From Gemmatimonadota bacterium (GTDB lineage Bacteria > Latescibacterota > UBA2968 > UBA8231), in the NCBI GenBank assembly GCA_038128265.1, contig JAYPJE010000001.1, forward strand, positions 68,165 to 112,699: DNA of 44,535 nt. Direction: 5' to 3'. Both the position numbers and the translations under genes were made by a program. A model generated the notes under the pieces. That model saw only the letters and a program-made list of their open reading frames with translations, searched no databases and was not told where the DNA came from. Shown in pieces: positions 8,590-16,784 of this stretch (position 1 is its first letter; each line of letters begins with the position of its first letter).

Positions 8590-9675
8590 ATGAGAGCAGA
8601 TACGCGCATGGGAGATAACGTGTACGAGATTGCCGTCTTAAAGGGTGATGGCATTGGGCCAGAAGTCGTTGACGAAGCCCTCCATGCGCTGAGCGCGCTG
8701 GTCTCTCCGCGCTTTAACTTTACCGAATACCCCTGCGGTGCCGGCTGCTATCTGCAGTGCGGCGATCCGCTGCCCCAGGCTACGGTCGAGGCGTGCCGTG
8801 CATCCGATGCGGTGCTGCTCGGAGCAATGGGCCTGCCCGATGTGCGCTGGAAAGACGGGACGGAGATGCGCCCGCAAATTGATTTGCGCATGTTGCTCGA
8901 CCTCTATGCCGGCGTGCGTCCGATCTATTTGTACAATCCGGCGCATTCGCCGCTGAAAGGGCTCGGTGCCGGCGATATCGACTTTGTGATTCTGCGCGAG
9001 AACGTCGAAGGGCTCTTTGCCTCGATGAACGGCGGCATCGAACTGCGCGGCGAGGTGGCCGTCGATTCGATGGTTATTACGCGCAGCGGCACAGAGCGCA
9101 TTGCGCGCTATGCCTTTGAACTGGCCACTCAGCGCGCTCGGTCGCCGATGCGCGTAACCTGTGTCGACAAGGCCAATGTCTTTAAGTCGATGGCCTTTTT
9201 TCGCTCTATTTACGACAGAGTGGCGACGGACTTTCCCGCTGTAGAGCGCGATTATGCTTACGTAGATGCGCTGAGTATGTATCTCGTGCAGCGCCCGCAG
9301 GACTACGACGTGCTCGTTGCAGAGAATATGTACGGCGATATTATTTCCGACCTGGCTGCGGGACTAGTCGGCGGGCTGGGTATGGCGCCATCGGGCGATA
9401 TCGGGCCGGACGCCGCCGTTTTCCAACCCTCGCACGGCACGGCTCCCGACATTGCCGGCAAGGGGGTGGCCAATCCCATTGCCATGGTGTTATCGGCGGC
9501 GCTGATGCTCAAGTGGCTGGGCGAGCGCCACGGCGACGGGGAGGCACTGCGCGGTGCTCAGCGCATAGAACAGGCCGTGCGCGGCGTCGTCGCCGAAGCG
9601 GGCGCGGGTACGCCCGATCTGGGGGGGAAGATGACGACGCGCGAATTGGGGTCGGCCATCGCCGCGGTGCTCTAG
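8590..9675 (+). CDS. Isocitrate/isopropylmalate/tartrate dehydrogenase family protein
   Basis: GDGIGPEV, RENVEG, VDKANV, NMYGDIISD, HGTAPDIAGKGVANP. Start may be 8608 or GTG 8620; substrate not assignable. Confidence 0.9.
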   Translation: MRADTRMGDNVYEIAVLKGDGIGPEVVDEALHALSALVSPRFNFTEYPCGAGCYLQCGDPLPQATVEACRASDAVLLGAMGLPDVRWKDGTEMRPQIDLRMLLDLYAGVRPIYLYNPAHSPLKGLGAGDIDFVILRENVEGLFASMNGGIELRGEVAVDSMVITRSGTERIARYAFELATQRARSPMRVTCVDKANVFKSMAFFRSIYDRVATDFPAVERDYAYVDALSMYLVQRPQDYDVLVAENMYGDIISDLAAGLVGGLGMAPSGDIGPDAAVFQPSHGTAPDIAGKGVANPIAMVLSAALMLKWLGERHGDGEALRGAQRIEQAVRGVVAEAGAGTPDLGGKMTTRELGSAIAAVL

Positions 9676-9676
9676 C

Positions 9677-10855
9677 ATGGATAGACGGACGTTTTTAGGC
9701 GTTGGATTGGGAGCTGTGGCCGCCTGGCCGCTGCCCTCGTGGAGCGCGTCAGCGCCGGCCGTTCAGCGCGCCCGCGCCCGCGCGCTGGGCATCGTCATAG
9801 GCGAAATGGAGCCGGGACCGCTCAATGCCATAACCGATGTGCCCGGAGTGCGCGTAGGGCAGGTGACGCTGATACGCGGCGAGGGGCCTCTGGTCGTTGG
9901 CGAGGGACCGGTGCGAACCGGCGTGACGGCGATATGTGCACACGGTGGCGTGCTGTCGCGCGAGGCGTGCTACGCAGCCGATTTTACCCTAAACGGCAAC
10001 GGCGAAATGACCGGCGTGGGACACGTGCGGCGACGCGGCCTGTTGGCCGCTCCCATTCTCTTTACCAACACTTCGAGTATTGGCAATGTCTACGACGGCG
10101 CGCTAGAGTGGATGCTGGCGCGCGACCCCCACCTATTTGAGCGCGGCGATCGCATTGAGCCGATCGTCGGCGAAACCTGGGGCGATTTTCTCAACGATAC
10201 GGCGGGGCGACACGTCAAGCCGCAGCACGCGCGTCAGGCACTCGACCTGGCTGCCGATGGCCCCGTTGCCGAAGGCTGCGTGGGCGGCGGTACGGCGATG
10301 CGCGCATTCAACTTTAAGGCGGGTATCGGCACGTCCTCGCGCCTGGTTCCCTGCGACGATGCGCTCTATACCGTGGGCGTGCTAGTGCAGGCTAACTTTG
10401 GTCGGCGCGAACAGCTGCGCATCGACGGGGTGCCGGTTGGGCGCGAAATACCCGAACTGATGCCCGAGCGCGGCAATGCACAAAAAAACAAGTCTCTTCT
10501 AGTCGCCGTTGCCACCGATGCGCCGCTGCTGCCAATACAACTGCAGCGCTTATGCAAGCGCGTGGCCATGGGTCTGGCGCGCACGGGGGCTATTTCGACA
10601 CACGGTAGCGGCGATCTATTTATCGCTTTTTCAACCGGCCAAAACGTTGTGCCCGATCGACCTGCAGCTACACAGTTGCTGAAAGACCGCTGGATTTCGC
10701 GCGTGCATCAGGCGGTAGTTGAGGCGACGGATGAGGCCATAGTCAACTCGTTGACTATGGCGCATTCGATGACAGGGAGGGATGGCAATACCTACCACGC
10801 CCTGCCGTTGGATCGCCTAGCGCAGATTATGCGGGCGCATGGGAGATTAGAGTGA
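9677..10855 (+). CDS. DmpA/BapA-like P1 (S58) family aminopeptidase with Tat signal
   Basis: MDRRTFLG twin-arginine signal; NAITDVPGV, LNGNGEMTG, EGCVGGGT, KAGIGTSSR, SLLVAVATDAP nucleophile strand, GSGD. Confidence 0.9.
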   Translation: MDRRTFLGVGLGAVAAWPLPSWSASAPAVQRARARALGIVIGEMEPGPLNAITDVPGVRVGQVTLIRGEGPLVVGEGPVRTGVTAICAHGGVLSREACYAADFTLNGNGEMTGVGHVRRRGLLAAPILFTNTSSIGNVYDGALEWMLARDPHLFERGDRIEPIVGETWGDFLNDTAGRHVKPQHARQALDLAADGPVAEGCVGGGTAMRAFNFKAGIGTSSRLVPCDDALYTVGVLVQANFGRREQLRIDGVPVGREIPELMPERGNAQKNKSLLVAVATDAPLLPIQLQRLCKRVAMGLARTGAISTHGSGDLFIAFSTGQNVVPDRPAATQLLKDRWISRVHQAVVEATDEAIVNSLTMAHSMTGRDGNTYHALPLDRLAQIMRAHGRLE

Positions 10856-11874
10856 AGAAGATCCATCAGCTTGGCCTTCGGATCGGTCAACTGCCGGCCG
10901 GATCGCGCGACTCGATTGCCGATGTCGAGGGCGTGGAGGTCGGTCACACAACCGTGCAGACGGAACGCACGTCGATTGGCCTAAGCGTCGTCATGCCCTA
11001 CCCGCGGTCGGTTGGAGAGCGAGCCCTCTTTGCCGGGCGCTGGTCGCTTGACGGCGGTGGCGCGGCTTCCGGATTGGGTGTCGTCGAAGATTTCGGCACG
11101 CTCTCGTCGCCTATTGCCTTTGCGCCTGCACCGGTTTTTGGCCGCGTATACGAAGCACTTATACACCAGGGGATAAGCCGCGATAGCGGACTGTCTACCG
11201 ATGCGGGGTGGCCGCCCATTGTCATAGGCGTCGATGATGGGGCGTGGAACGATGCGCGGCGCGTCTACCAAAGCGTGCAGGAGCGCGATGTCGATCGTGC
11301 CATTGACGACGCGAGCGAACACGTCGCCGAAGGCAATGCAGGGATAGGCCAAGCGCTGCGCGCCTTTGGTCTACGCGGCGGAGTTGGCACGGCTTCGCGT
11401 TTGGTCGACGGGCAATGCGTAGGCGTGTTTGTCGCGGTTAACGGCGGACTGCCCGACGATCTGCGCATCGGCGGTCGCACCGTGTCAACGGCGGGCACGG
11501 TGCCTGACGGACCGCAGGAATTTGCCGCCGTAGTTGCTACGGATGCGGCGCTGCTGCCCTTCCAGTTGGGGGCATTGGCCCAGCGCGCTGCGCTGGGTGC
11601 CGGACGCTGCGGTCTGTGGAACGCCGTCACGCGCGAGGCACAGGTATGGGCTTTTTCTACGGCGGCCGCGCAGGATGATGCGCAGCATGCTGCGCTCGCG
11701 CAGGTGGCCACGACGAGCGACAACGTTCTCTACGGTCTATTTGCCGCTGCTGTAGAAGCAATGGAAGCAGCAGTGCTCAGCGCACTGCTCGAAGCCGAGC
11801 CGCTGACAACGGGCAAGCAGCCACTGCAAGCGCTTGCCGCCGCCGCGCTGCAACAGGCGGGAGAAGGCCGGTGA
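10852..11874 (+). CDS. Degenerate DmpA/P1-family paralog, probably catalytically inactive
   Basis: DSIADVEGVEVGHTT, AEGNAG, GGVGTASR and VVATDA are retained, but the nucleophile Ser, NGxGE and SGD motifs are lost. GTGA overlap with the upstream gene. Confidence 0.8.
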   Translation: MKKIHQLGLRIGQLPAGSRDSIADVEGVEVGHTTVQTERTSIGLSVVMPYPRSVGERALFAGRWSLDGGGAASGLGVVEDFGTLSSPIAFAPAPVFGRVYEALIHQGISRDSGLSTDAGWPPIVIGVDDGAWNDARRVYQSVQERDVDRAIDDASEHVAEGNAGIGQALRAFGLRGGVGTASRLVDGQCVGVFVAVNGGLPDDLRIGGRTVSTAGTVPDGPQEFAAVVATDAALLPFQLGALAQRAALGAGRCGLWNAVTREAQVWAFSTAAAQDDAQHAALAQVATTSDNVLYGLFAAAVEAMEAAVLSALLEAEPLTTGKQPLQALAAAALQQAGEGR

Positions 11875-12983
11875 GCACGCTGCTCGAGGTGGAGTTTGAA
11901 AGAGCGGCTTTTCGCACGGCACTGCTCGGTTGGTACGCCGCACACAAGCGCCAGCTGGACTGGCGCGACAGCGGAGACCCCTATCACGTGTGGGTTTCCG
12001 AGATTATGCTGCAGCAGACGCGCGTCGACCAGATGGGTGGGTATTTTGCCCGCTTTATAGCGGCCTTTCCGACTCTTGCCGACTTGGCTGCTGCAGATGA
12101 GAGCGCCGTGCTCAAGGTCTGGGAGGGCCTGGGCTACTACGCGCGTGCGCGCAACATGCACCGGGCGGCGCGGCTCATCGTCGACGAGCGCGGCGGGCGC
12201 ATCCCCGATACCTACGACGAACTGCTGGCGCTGCCGGGGATTGGTCAATACACGGCTGCAGCCGTCAGCAGCATTGCCTTTGACCGCGACCACGCCGTGC
12301 TCGATGGCAACGTGGTGCGCGTGCTGTCCCGCCTGCTGCGTATCGAAGAGGACCCGCGCCGCGCGGCTGTAAAGACCGCGCTTATTGCCGCCGGTCAGCA
12401 GCTGCTGCAGCCGGGGCGCGCCGGCGACTTCAACCAGGCCATGATGGAGCTGGGTGCGCGCATATGCACGCCGCAAAAGCCGCTCTGTGCGACGTGTCCG
12501 GTGGGCGCGCACTGCCGCGCTAAAGCAGAACTGGCCGATCCGACGGTGCTGCCCTTCAAGGCGCCGAAGAAACAGAAGCCTCACTTCCCTGTCGCCGCCG
12601 GTCTCATCTGGAAGGACGACGCGCTGCTGATTGCCCAGCGCCCGCGCGAGGGCATGCTCGGCGGACTGTGGGAGTTTCCCGGCGGCAAGCGCGAAGAGGG
12701 CGAATCGCTGCAAGAGTGCCTGCAGCGCGAGATTCGCGAAGAGCTGGACGTCGAGATCGAAGCCGGCCAGGTATTGTGCAGCGTGAAACACGCCTATTCG
12801 CACTTCAGCATTACGCTACACGCGTTGGAAGCACGCTATGTCGACGGCGAACCCAAGGCCATTGGCTGCGCGGACTGGCGCTGGGTGCGCCCAGGCGAGT
12901 TGGACGACTTTGCTTTTCCACGCAGCGACCGCAAAATTATCGAGTATTTGCGCCAGGAGGGAAGACAGCTGGCGCTTTTTTAG
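11871..12983 (+). CDS. mutY: A/G-specific adenine DNA glycosylase with C-terminal Nudix domain
   Basis: WVSEIMLQQT, WEGLGYYARARN, LPGIGQYTA HhH, LDGNVVRV, C-x6-C-x2-C-x5-C Fe-S motif, HAYSHF loop. Confidence 0.96.
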   Translation: MSTLLEVEFERAAFRTALLGWYAAHKRQLDWRDSGDPYHVWVSEIMLQQTRVDQMGGYFARFIAAFPTLADLAAADESAVLKVWEGLGYYARARNMHRAARLIVDERGGRIPDTYDELLALPGIGQYTAAAVSSIAFDRDHAVLDGNVVRVLSRLLRIEEDPRRAAVKTALIAAGQQLLQPGRAGDFNQAMMELGARICTPQKPLCATCPVGAHCRAKAELADPTVLPFKAPKKQKPHFPVAAGLIWKDDALLIAQRPREGMLGGLWEFPGGKREEGESLQECLQREIREELDVEIEAGQVLCSVKHAYSHFSITLHALEARYVDGEPKAIGCADWRWVRPGELDDFAFPRSDRKIIEYLRQEGRQLALF

Positions 12984-12991
12984 AGGAGTCT

Positions 12992-13933
12992 ATGTTGGCA
13001 GAAGAAGAAAAAACACTGGACGTGGCCAAGCGCCGCGGTTTGGGGCTCGTGCTGCGCGGCATGTGCATGGGTACGGCCGATGTCATTCCCGGCGTCTCCG
13101 GCGGCACCGTGGCGCTGATCATGGGTATTTACGACGAACTGGTCGGCACCATTGCATCGATTGATGGACGCGTGCTGCAGGCGCTGCTGCGCGGGCGAAT
13201 AGCCGAAGTATTGCGTTTGGTAAACGCCGGCTTTCTCGTGCCGCTATTGGCCGGTATTGCCATTGCGATTGCCTCGTTTGCCAAGCTCATAACCTATCTA
13301 TTGACTACCCATCCACAGCCAGTGTGGGGTTTTTTTAGCGGATTGATCCTAGCCAGTGCGCTCTATGTTGCGCGCCAGGTAGAAGGGGGCTATGGCGCGC
13401 GCGTTTTGGCGTTTATTGCGTTGGGCACGATCTTCGGCTACGGCATTACTTCGCTAGTGCCAGTAGAGACGGGCACGGAGAGCTACAAATTTGTGTTGGC
13501 GGGTATGATTGCTATTTGCGCTATGATTTTGCCCGGTATCAGCGGATCGTTCCTGCTGGTTATTATGGGTAAATACCAGCAGGTATTCAGCGCGGTGCAC
13601 GAGCGCAATATACAGGTCGTTGCGCTGTTTGGCATCGGTGCGGCTATCGGCATTCTGAGCTTTTCGCGCCTGCTAAAGAAGCTGTTGGCGCACTACCACG
13701 CTGCGACGATGGCCTTTCTCGTCGGTTTAATGCTCGGATCTCTGCGCAAAGTATGGCCCTTTCGCAATGTGTTAGAAGAGCGCATCGTCGGTAAGAAAAC
13801 GCTGGTGCTGCGCGACGAGTGCGTCTGGCCGCAGGAGTTTACGGGCGAGGTTTGGCTTAGCTTTGCGCTGATGGCTGTGGGGGCGGTGCTGGTGCTAGTC
13901 TTAGAAAAGGTAGGGCAGTCGCGGGAGGGGTAG
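12992..13933 (+). CDS. DUF368-family membrane protein (undecaprenyl-phosphate translocase family)
   Basis: MGTADVIPGVSGGTVAL and AMILPGISGS re-entrant motifs; GAGGAG RBS before ATG 12992. Confidence 0.9.
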   Translation: MLAEEEKTLDVAKRRGLGLVLRGMCMGTADVIPGVSGGTVALIMGIYDELVGTIASIDGRVLQALLRGRIAEVLRLVNAGFLVPLLAGIAIAIASFAKLITYLLTTHPQPVWGFFSGLILASALYVARQVEGGYGARVLAFIALGTIFGYGITSLVPVETGTESYKFVLAGMIAICAMILPGISGSFLLVIMGKYQQVFSAVHERNIQVVALFGIGAAIGILSFSRLLKKLLAHYHAATMAFLVGLMLGSLRKVWPFRNVLEERIVGKKTLVLRDECVWPQEFTGEVWLSFALMAVGAVLVLVLEKVGQSREG

Positions 13934-13944
13934 CGCGTCGGTGC

Positions 13945-14154
13945 TCATTCTTCCATTTCTTGGCGCGCCTCGCGAAAGCGGCGCATGCGGCGAAAAAATA
14001 TGTAGATTAATCCGCCCAGGGCGGCGTACAGTGCGATCTCGTAGACCAGACCTTGCCAGCCGAGCACGACGGGCCACAGGGCGAGAATGCTGACGAGGAT
14101 AAAAATATCCTCGAAGAGGCGTCCTCTCTTGCCCGTATCTCGTTCCTCAGACAT
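13945..14154 (-). CDS. Small (69 aa) two-TM membrane protein, unknown function
   Basis: MSEERDTGKRGRLFEDIFILVSILALWPVVLGW...LIYIFFRRMRR; ATG overlaps the upstream transglycosylase stop by 8 nt; positive-inside flanks. Confidence 0.75.
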   Translation of the reverse strand: MSEERDTGKRGRLFEDIFILVSILALWPVVLGWQGLVYEIALYAALGGLIYIFFRRMRRFREARQEMEE

Positions 14155-16276
14155 CGGATAGAGCCTTGTAGATGGCGTAGTTTTTGAGCACGAGCTTGAC
14201 GTAGAGCCGCGTCTCCTTAAAGGGGATGCGTTCGATAAAGGCATCGGCGTCATCGTGCGGAAAGCGCTCGAGCCACTGGCGCGCGTTATGCGGTCCGGCA
14301 TTGTAGGCGGCCAGGCCGAGCTCAAATCCCATATCAGCAGTTGGTCCCTCGGCAAATTGGCGCACCTGATCGCCGAGAAAGTAGCTGCCGAGCCGGATAG
14401 ATACGTCTGGGTCGTATAGCGAGCTGCGTTTAAAGCGCGGTATGCCCAGCGCGTTGGCCAAGGTCTTGCCGGTCTGCGGCATGATTTGCATCAGGCCCAG
14501 CGCGCCGGCGCGCGAGGTGGCACCCTCGTTGAACGTGCTCTCCTGACGAATGACCGACAGGACGAGATAGGGGTCCACATTGGCTTCGGCCGCGGCGCTG
14601 ACAATCTGCTCCCAGTAGTAGTTGGGGTAGACGCGATCCCACTCGTCGCTTTTGCCGTTGGCGACAAAGATGCGCATGGAAAGGCGCACGGCGCGATCGA
14701 GAAAACCCAGCGCCTCGTAGCGGTCGCGGATTAGTTCGAGCTTGGCCACATCGTGGCCATTGAGGGTTTCGGCGCGCATGATCTCGCGGCGCGCCTGCTG
14801 CCTCAGACCCAGCGAATAGAGCGCATCGCCGCGCCTGAGGCAGTCGCTGCCTTCGATATCCTCCAACGATAGTGCGCTGAGCATTAGCTCAGCGGGGCGC
14901 GCCAGCGTGCCGGGGTCGCTGTAGCCGAGCTTAACCGCGCGGGTAGAGTAGTAGGAGCGGGGGAAGCCGTTTGCCGCGCGGCGATAGTAGCTCTGGGACT
15001 CTACGCTGCGGCCCAGTTCCGCCGCCACCTTGCCGGCCCAGTAGAGGCTTTGGTCGATGATATGAGGCTGTTGGGCCATGTCGATTAGCCGCTTGAACAC
15101 CAGCAGGGCGCTGTCGAATTCGCCCCTGCAGTAGTAGGTGAAGCCAATACTCCAGCCCGCTTCGTCGCGGTACGAACTTTCGGGATGGTTGTCTACCAAC
15201 AGCCGATAGAGGCGCTCGGCTTCGGCAAAGTGGTTGTTGCGCTCGGCCGATTTGGCCGCTTGCCAGAGCGCGTCATCGGCCAGTTCGTGCTGGGGAAAGC
15301 GGCTGGCAAAAAGCTCGTAGGCGGCAATGGCCTTGGCTTCGCGGTTGCGCCGCACGTGAATGCCGCCGATGCGGTAGAGCGCGGAAGGCAGGCCGTACTG
15401 CTCGTGCGTTTTTTCAAACGTCTGGATGGCGGTCTCGTACTGACCAACGCCTAGCTGCGAGCTGGCCAGCAGGTAGTGCGCGTCGGCGACGCGCTGGTCG
15501 CGCGGATACTTTTTTATAAAGCGCTGAAATCGCTTCTTGGCATCGGCATAGCGCTTGTGGGCGTGATAAGTCGACGCAACGGCAAAGGCCTGGCGCGCGT
15601 TGAGCGGTCCCTTGATTTCGATGGCGACTTTGAGCGCCTGATCGGTCTTGGGATAGTCTTCCATTAGCTGAACAAAACGCTGGCGCGCTGCCTCGCGTTC
15701 GCCCGCTTCAATATGGGCGCGTGCAATGGAGTAGAGGCCCCGCGGCGCCCAATAGGCATCGGCCAACTGCTCTTTGTAGAGCTCAATGGCGGGGCGATGG
15801 CGATCCGTTTCCATATACAATGCAGCGAGGTGCTGGCGGGCTGAGCGCAGGAGCAGCTCGTTTTCGGCATTGGCGAGAAAGTGCTGATAGCTGGAGATGG
15901 CCGTTTCGGTCTGCTCCATATCTTCCAGCGCCTGCGCCATCCAAAAGCGTCGATATTCCTCCAAGAGGGGCAGTTGGCCAGGCAGGTCGCGTAGGTGGGC
16001 GTGGGCGCGTTCGGGTTTGCCAATTTGCCGCTCGCACAGGGCCAACTGTAGCTGATGCTGAACGGTCTCTTCGGGGGAAAGGTCGTCTGTGTTTATGCGG
16101 CCGAGCAGTTGGTAGGCGCGCGCATGGTGGCCTTTGGCGATGAGTTCGGCGACTTCGCCGCTTTCGGGCGGGCGGTATTCGACAAGGCCAAAAAAGTACA
16201 GATGGGCGGCAAAGGGCAGGGCAATCAATAGGAGCAGTCCCACTACTCCCAGCGCTGAGCGAACGCGTATACCCAT
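14147..16276 (-). CDS. TPR-repeat soluble lytic transglycosylase (Slt70-like) with N-terminal membrane anchor
   Basis: IRQES catalytic Glu, GLMQIMP, AAYNAGP, IPFKETRLYVK; multiple TPR-like helical repeats. Confidence 0.92.
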   Translation of the reverse strand: MGIRVRSALGVVGLLLLIALPFAAHLYFFGLVEYRPPESGEVAELIAKGHHARAYQLLGRINTDDLSPEETVQHQLQLALCERQIGKPERAHAHLRDLPGQLPLLEEYRRFWMAQALEDMEQTETAISSYQHFLANAENELLLRSARQHLAALYMETDRHRPAIELYKEQLADAYWAPRGLYSIARAHIEAGEREAARQRFVQLMEDYPKTDQALKVAIEIKGPLNARQAFAVASTYHAHKRYADAKKRFQRFIKKYPRDQRVADAHYLLASSQLGVGQYETAIQTFEKTHEQYGLPSALYRIGGIHVRRNREAKAIAAYELFASRFPQHELADDALWQAAKSAERNNHFAEAERLYRLLVDNHPESSYRDEAGWSIGFTYYCRGEFDSALLVFKRLIDMAQQPHIIDQSLYWAGKVAAELGRSVESQSYYRRAANGFPRSYYSTRAVKLGYSDPGTLARPAELMLSALSLEDIEGSDCLRRGDALYSLGLRQQARREIMRAETLNGHDVAKLELIRDRYEALGFLDRAVRLSMRIFVANGKSDEWDRVYPNYYWEQIVSAAAEANVDPYLVLSVIRQESTFNEGATSRAGALGLMQIMPQTGKTLANALGIPRFKRSSLYDPDVSIRLGSYFLGDQVRQFAEGPTADMGFELGLAAYNAGPHNARQWLERFPHDDADAFIERIPFKETRLYVKLVLKNYAIYKALSDV

Positions 16277-16402
16277 ATCAGCTATCGACGTATGTACCTT
16301 AAAGAGCTTATAGATGAGCTGCGAACGAACATACTCGACTAAGATAAGGGGATTGCTGCCGACCGTCCAAGCGCAAAAATGGGGTTGCCCAAGCGGAGGG
16401 GG

Positions 16403-16603
16403 TTAGGTGCTGCGCTTGTCCTTTGCATCCACAGAGGCTTTTAACACCTCTGCGAAGCTGGAAGAGGGGCCATTCTGCTGGCTGCGCTCAACCTCTTCGA
16501 GCTCCTTGAGGTGGCGGCGCACTTCGCTTAGGCCGGCATGGATCTCTCGGTTGAGCTTTTCCAGTCGCGGGGTAAACTGGTTTGATAAAGGGGATGTTTT
16601 CAT
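16403..16603 (-). CDS. Small (about 66 aa) coiled-coil protein, unknown function
   Basis: MKTSPLSNQFTPRLEKLNREIHAGLSEVRRHLKELEE...SFAEVLKASV; fills the intergenic gap downstream of a sigma54 promoter. RBS weak; alternative GTG start at 16612. Confidence 0.6.
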   Translation of the reverse strand: MKTSPLSNQFTPRLEKLNREIHAGLSEVRRHLKELEEVERSQQNGPSSSFAEVLKASVDAKDKRST

Positions 16604-16642
16604 AGCATACACGCGTGATCATACAGGGGTTTCCCACAGTAT

Positions 16643-16660
16643 AAGCAAATGACATGCCAG
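16643..16660 (-). promoter_or_regulatory. sigma54 (-24/-12) promoter
   Basis: Minus strand reads CTGGCATGTCATTTGCTT, exact GG-N10-GC spacing and TTGCT at -12. Confidence 0.8.
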
Positions 16661-16683
16661 ATATTCAGTTGAAAAAAATAAAT

Positions 16684-16696
16684 TAAGTAATTGTTT
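16684..16696 (-). promoter_or_regulatory. IHF-like site in AT-rich tract
   Basis: AAACAATTACTTA, one mismatch to WATCARNNNNTTR, at about -51 to -63 of the predicted sigma54 start. Confidence 0.5.
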
Positions 16697-16721
16697 TTTA
16701 ACGACTTGTATTTATAGAAGC

Positions 16722-16754
16722 AAAGGGGGCGAATGGAAAGATCTTCCGTTCGCC
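16722..16754 (-). terminator. Probable terminator of the pdh operon
   Basis: GGCGAACGGAA-GATCT-TTCCATTCGCC stem then CCCTTTGCTT, 30 nt after the lpdA stop. Confidence 0.55.
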
Positions 16755-16784
16755 TGGTATGGTGGAGAAAACTTTGCCCGTTGG

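Noticed and set aside
11730..12803. 357-aa minus-strand ORF and similar long antisense ORFs (7373-8140, 19013-19867, 19306-20346, 33897-34712)
   Set aside because: Antisense shadows of well-supported genes, common with high-GC codon usage.
12668..12991. N-terminal extension of the DUF368 ORF suggesting a long overlap with mutY
   Set aside because: A strong RBS and ATG at 12992 give a normal-length protein; the extension is an off-frame read of mutY.
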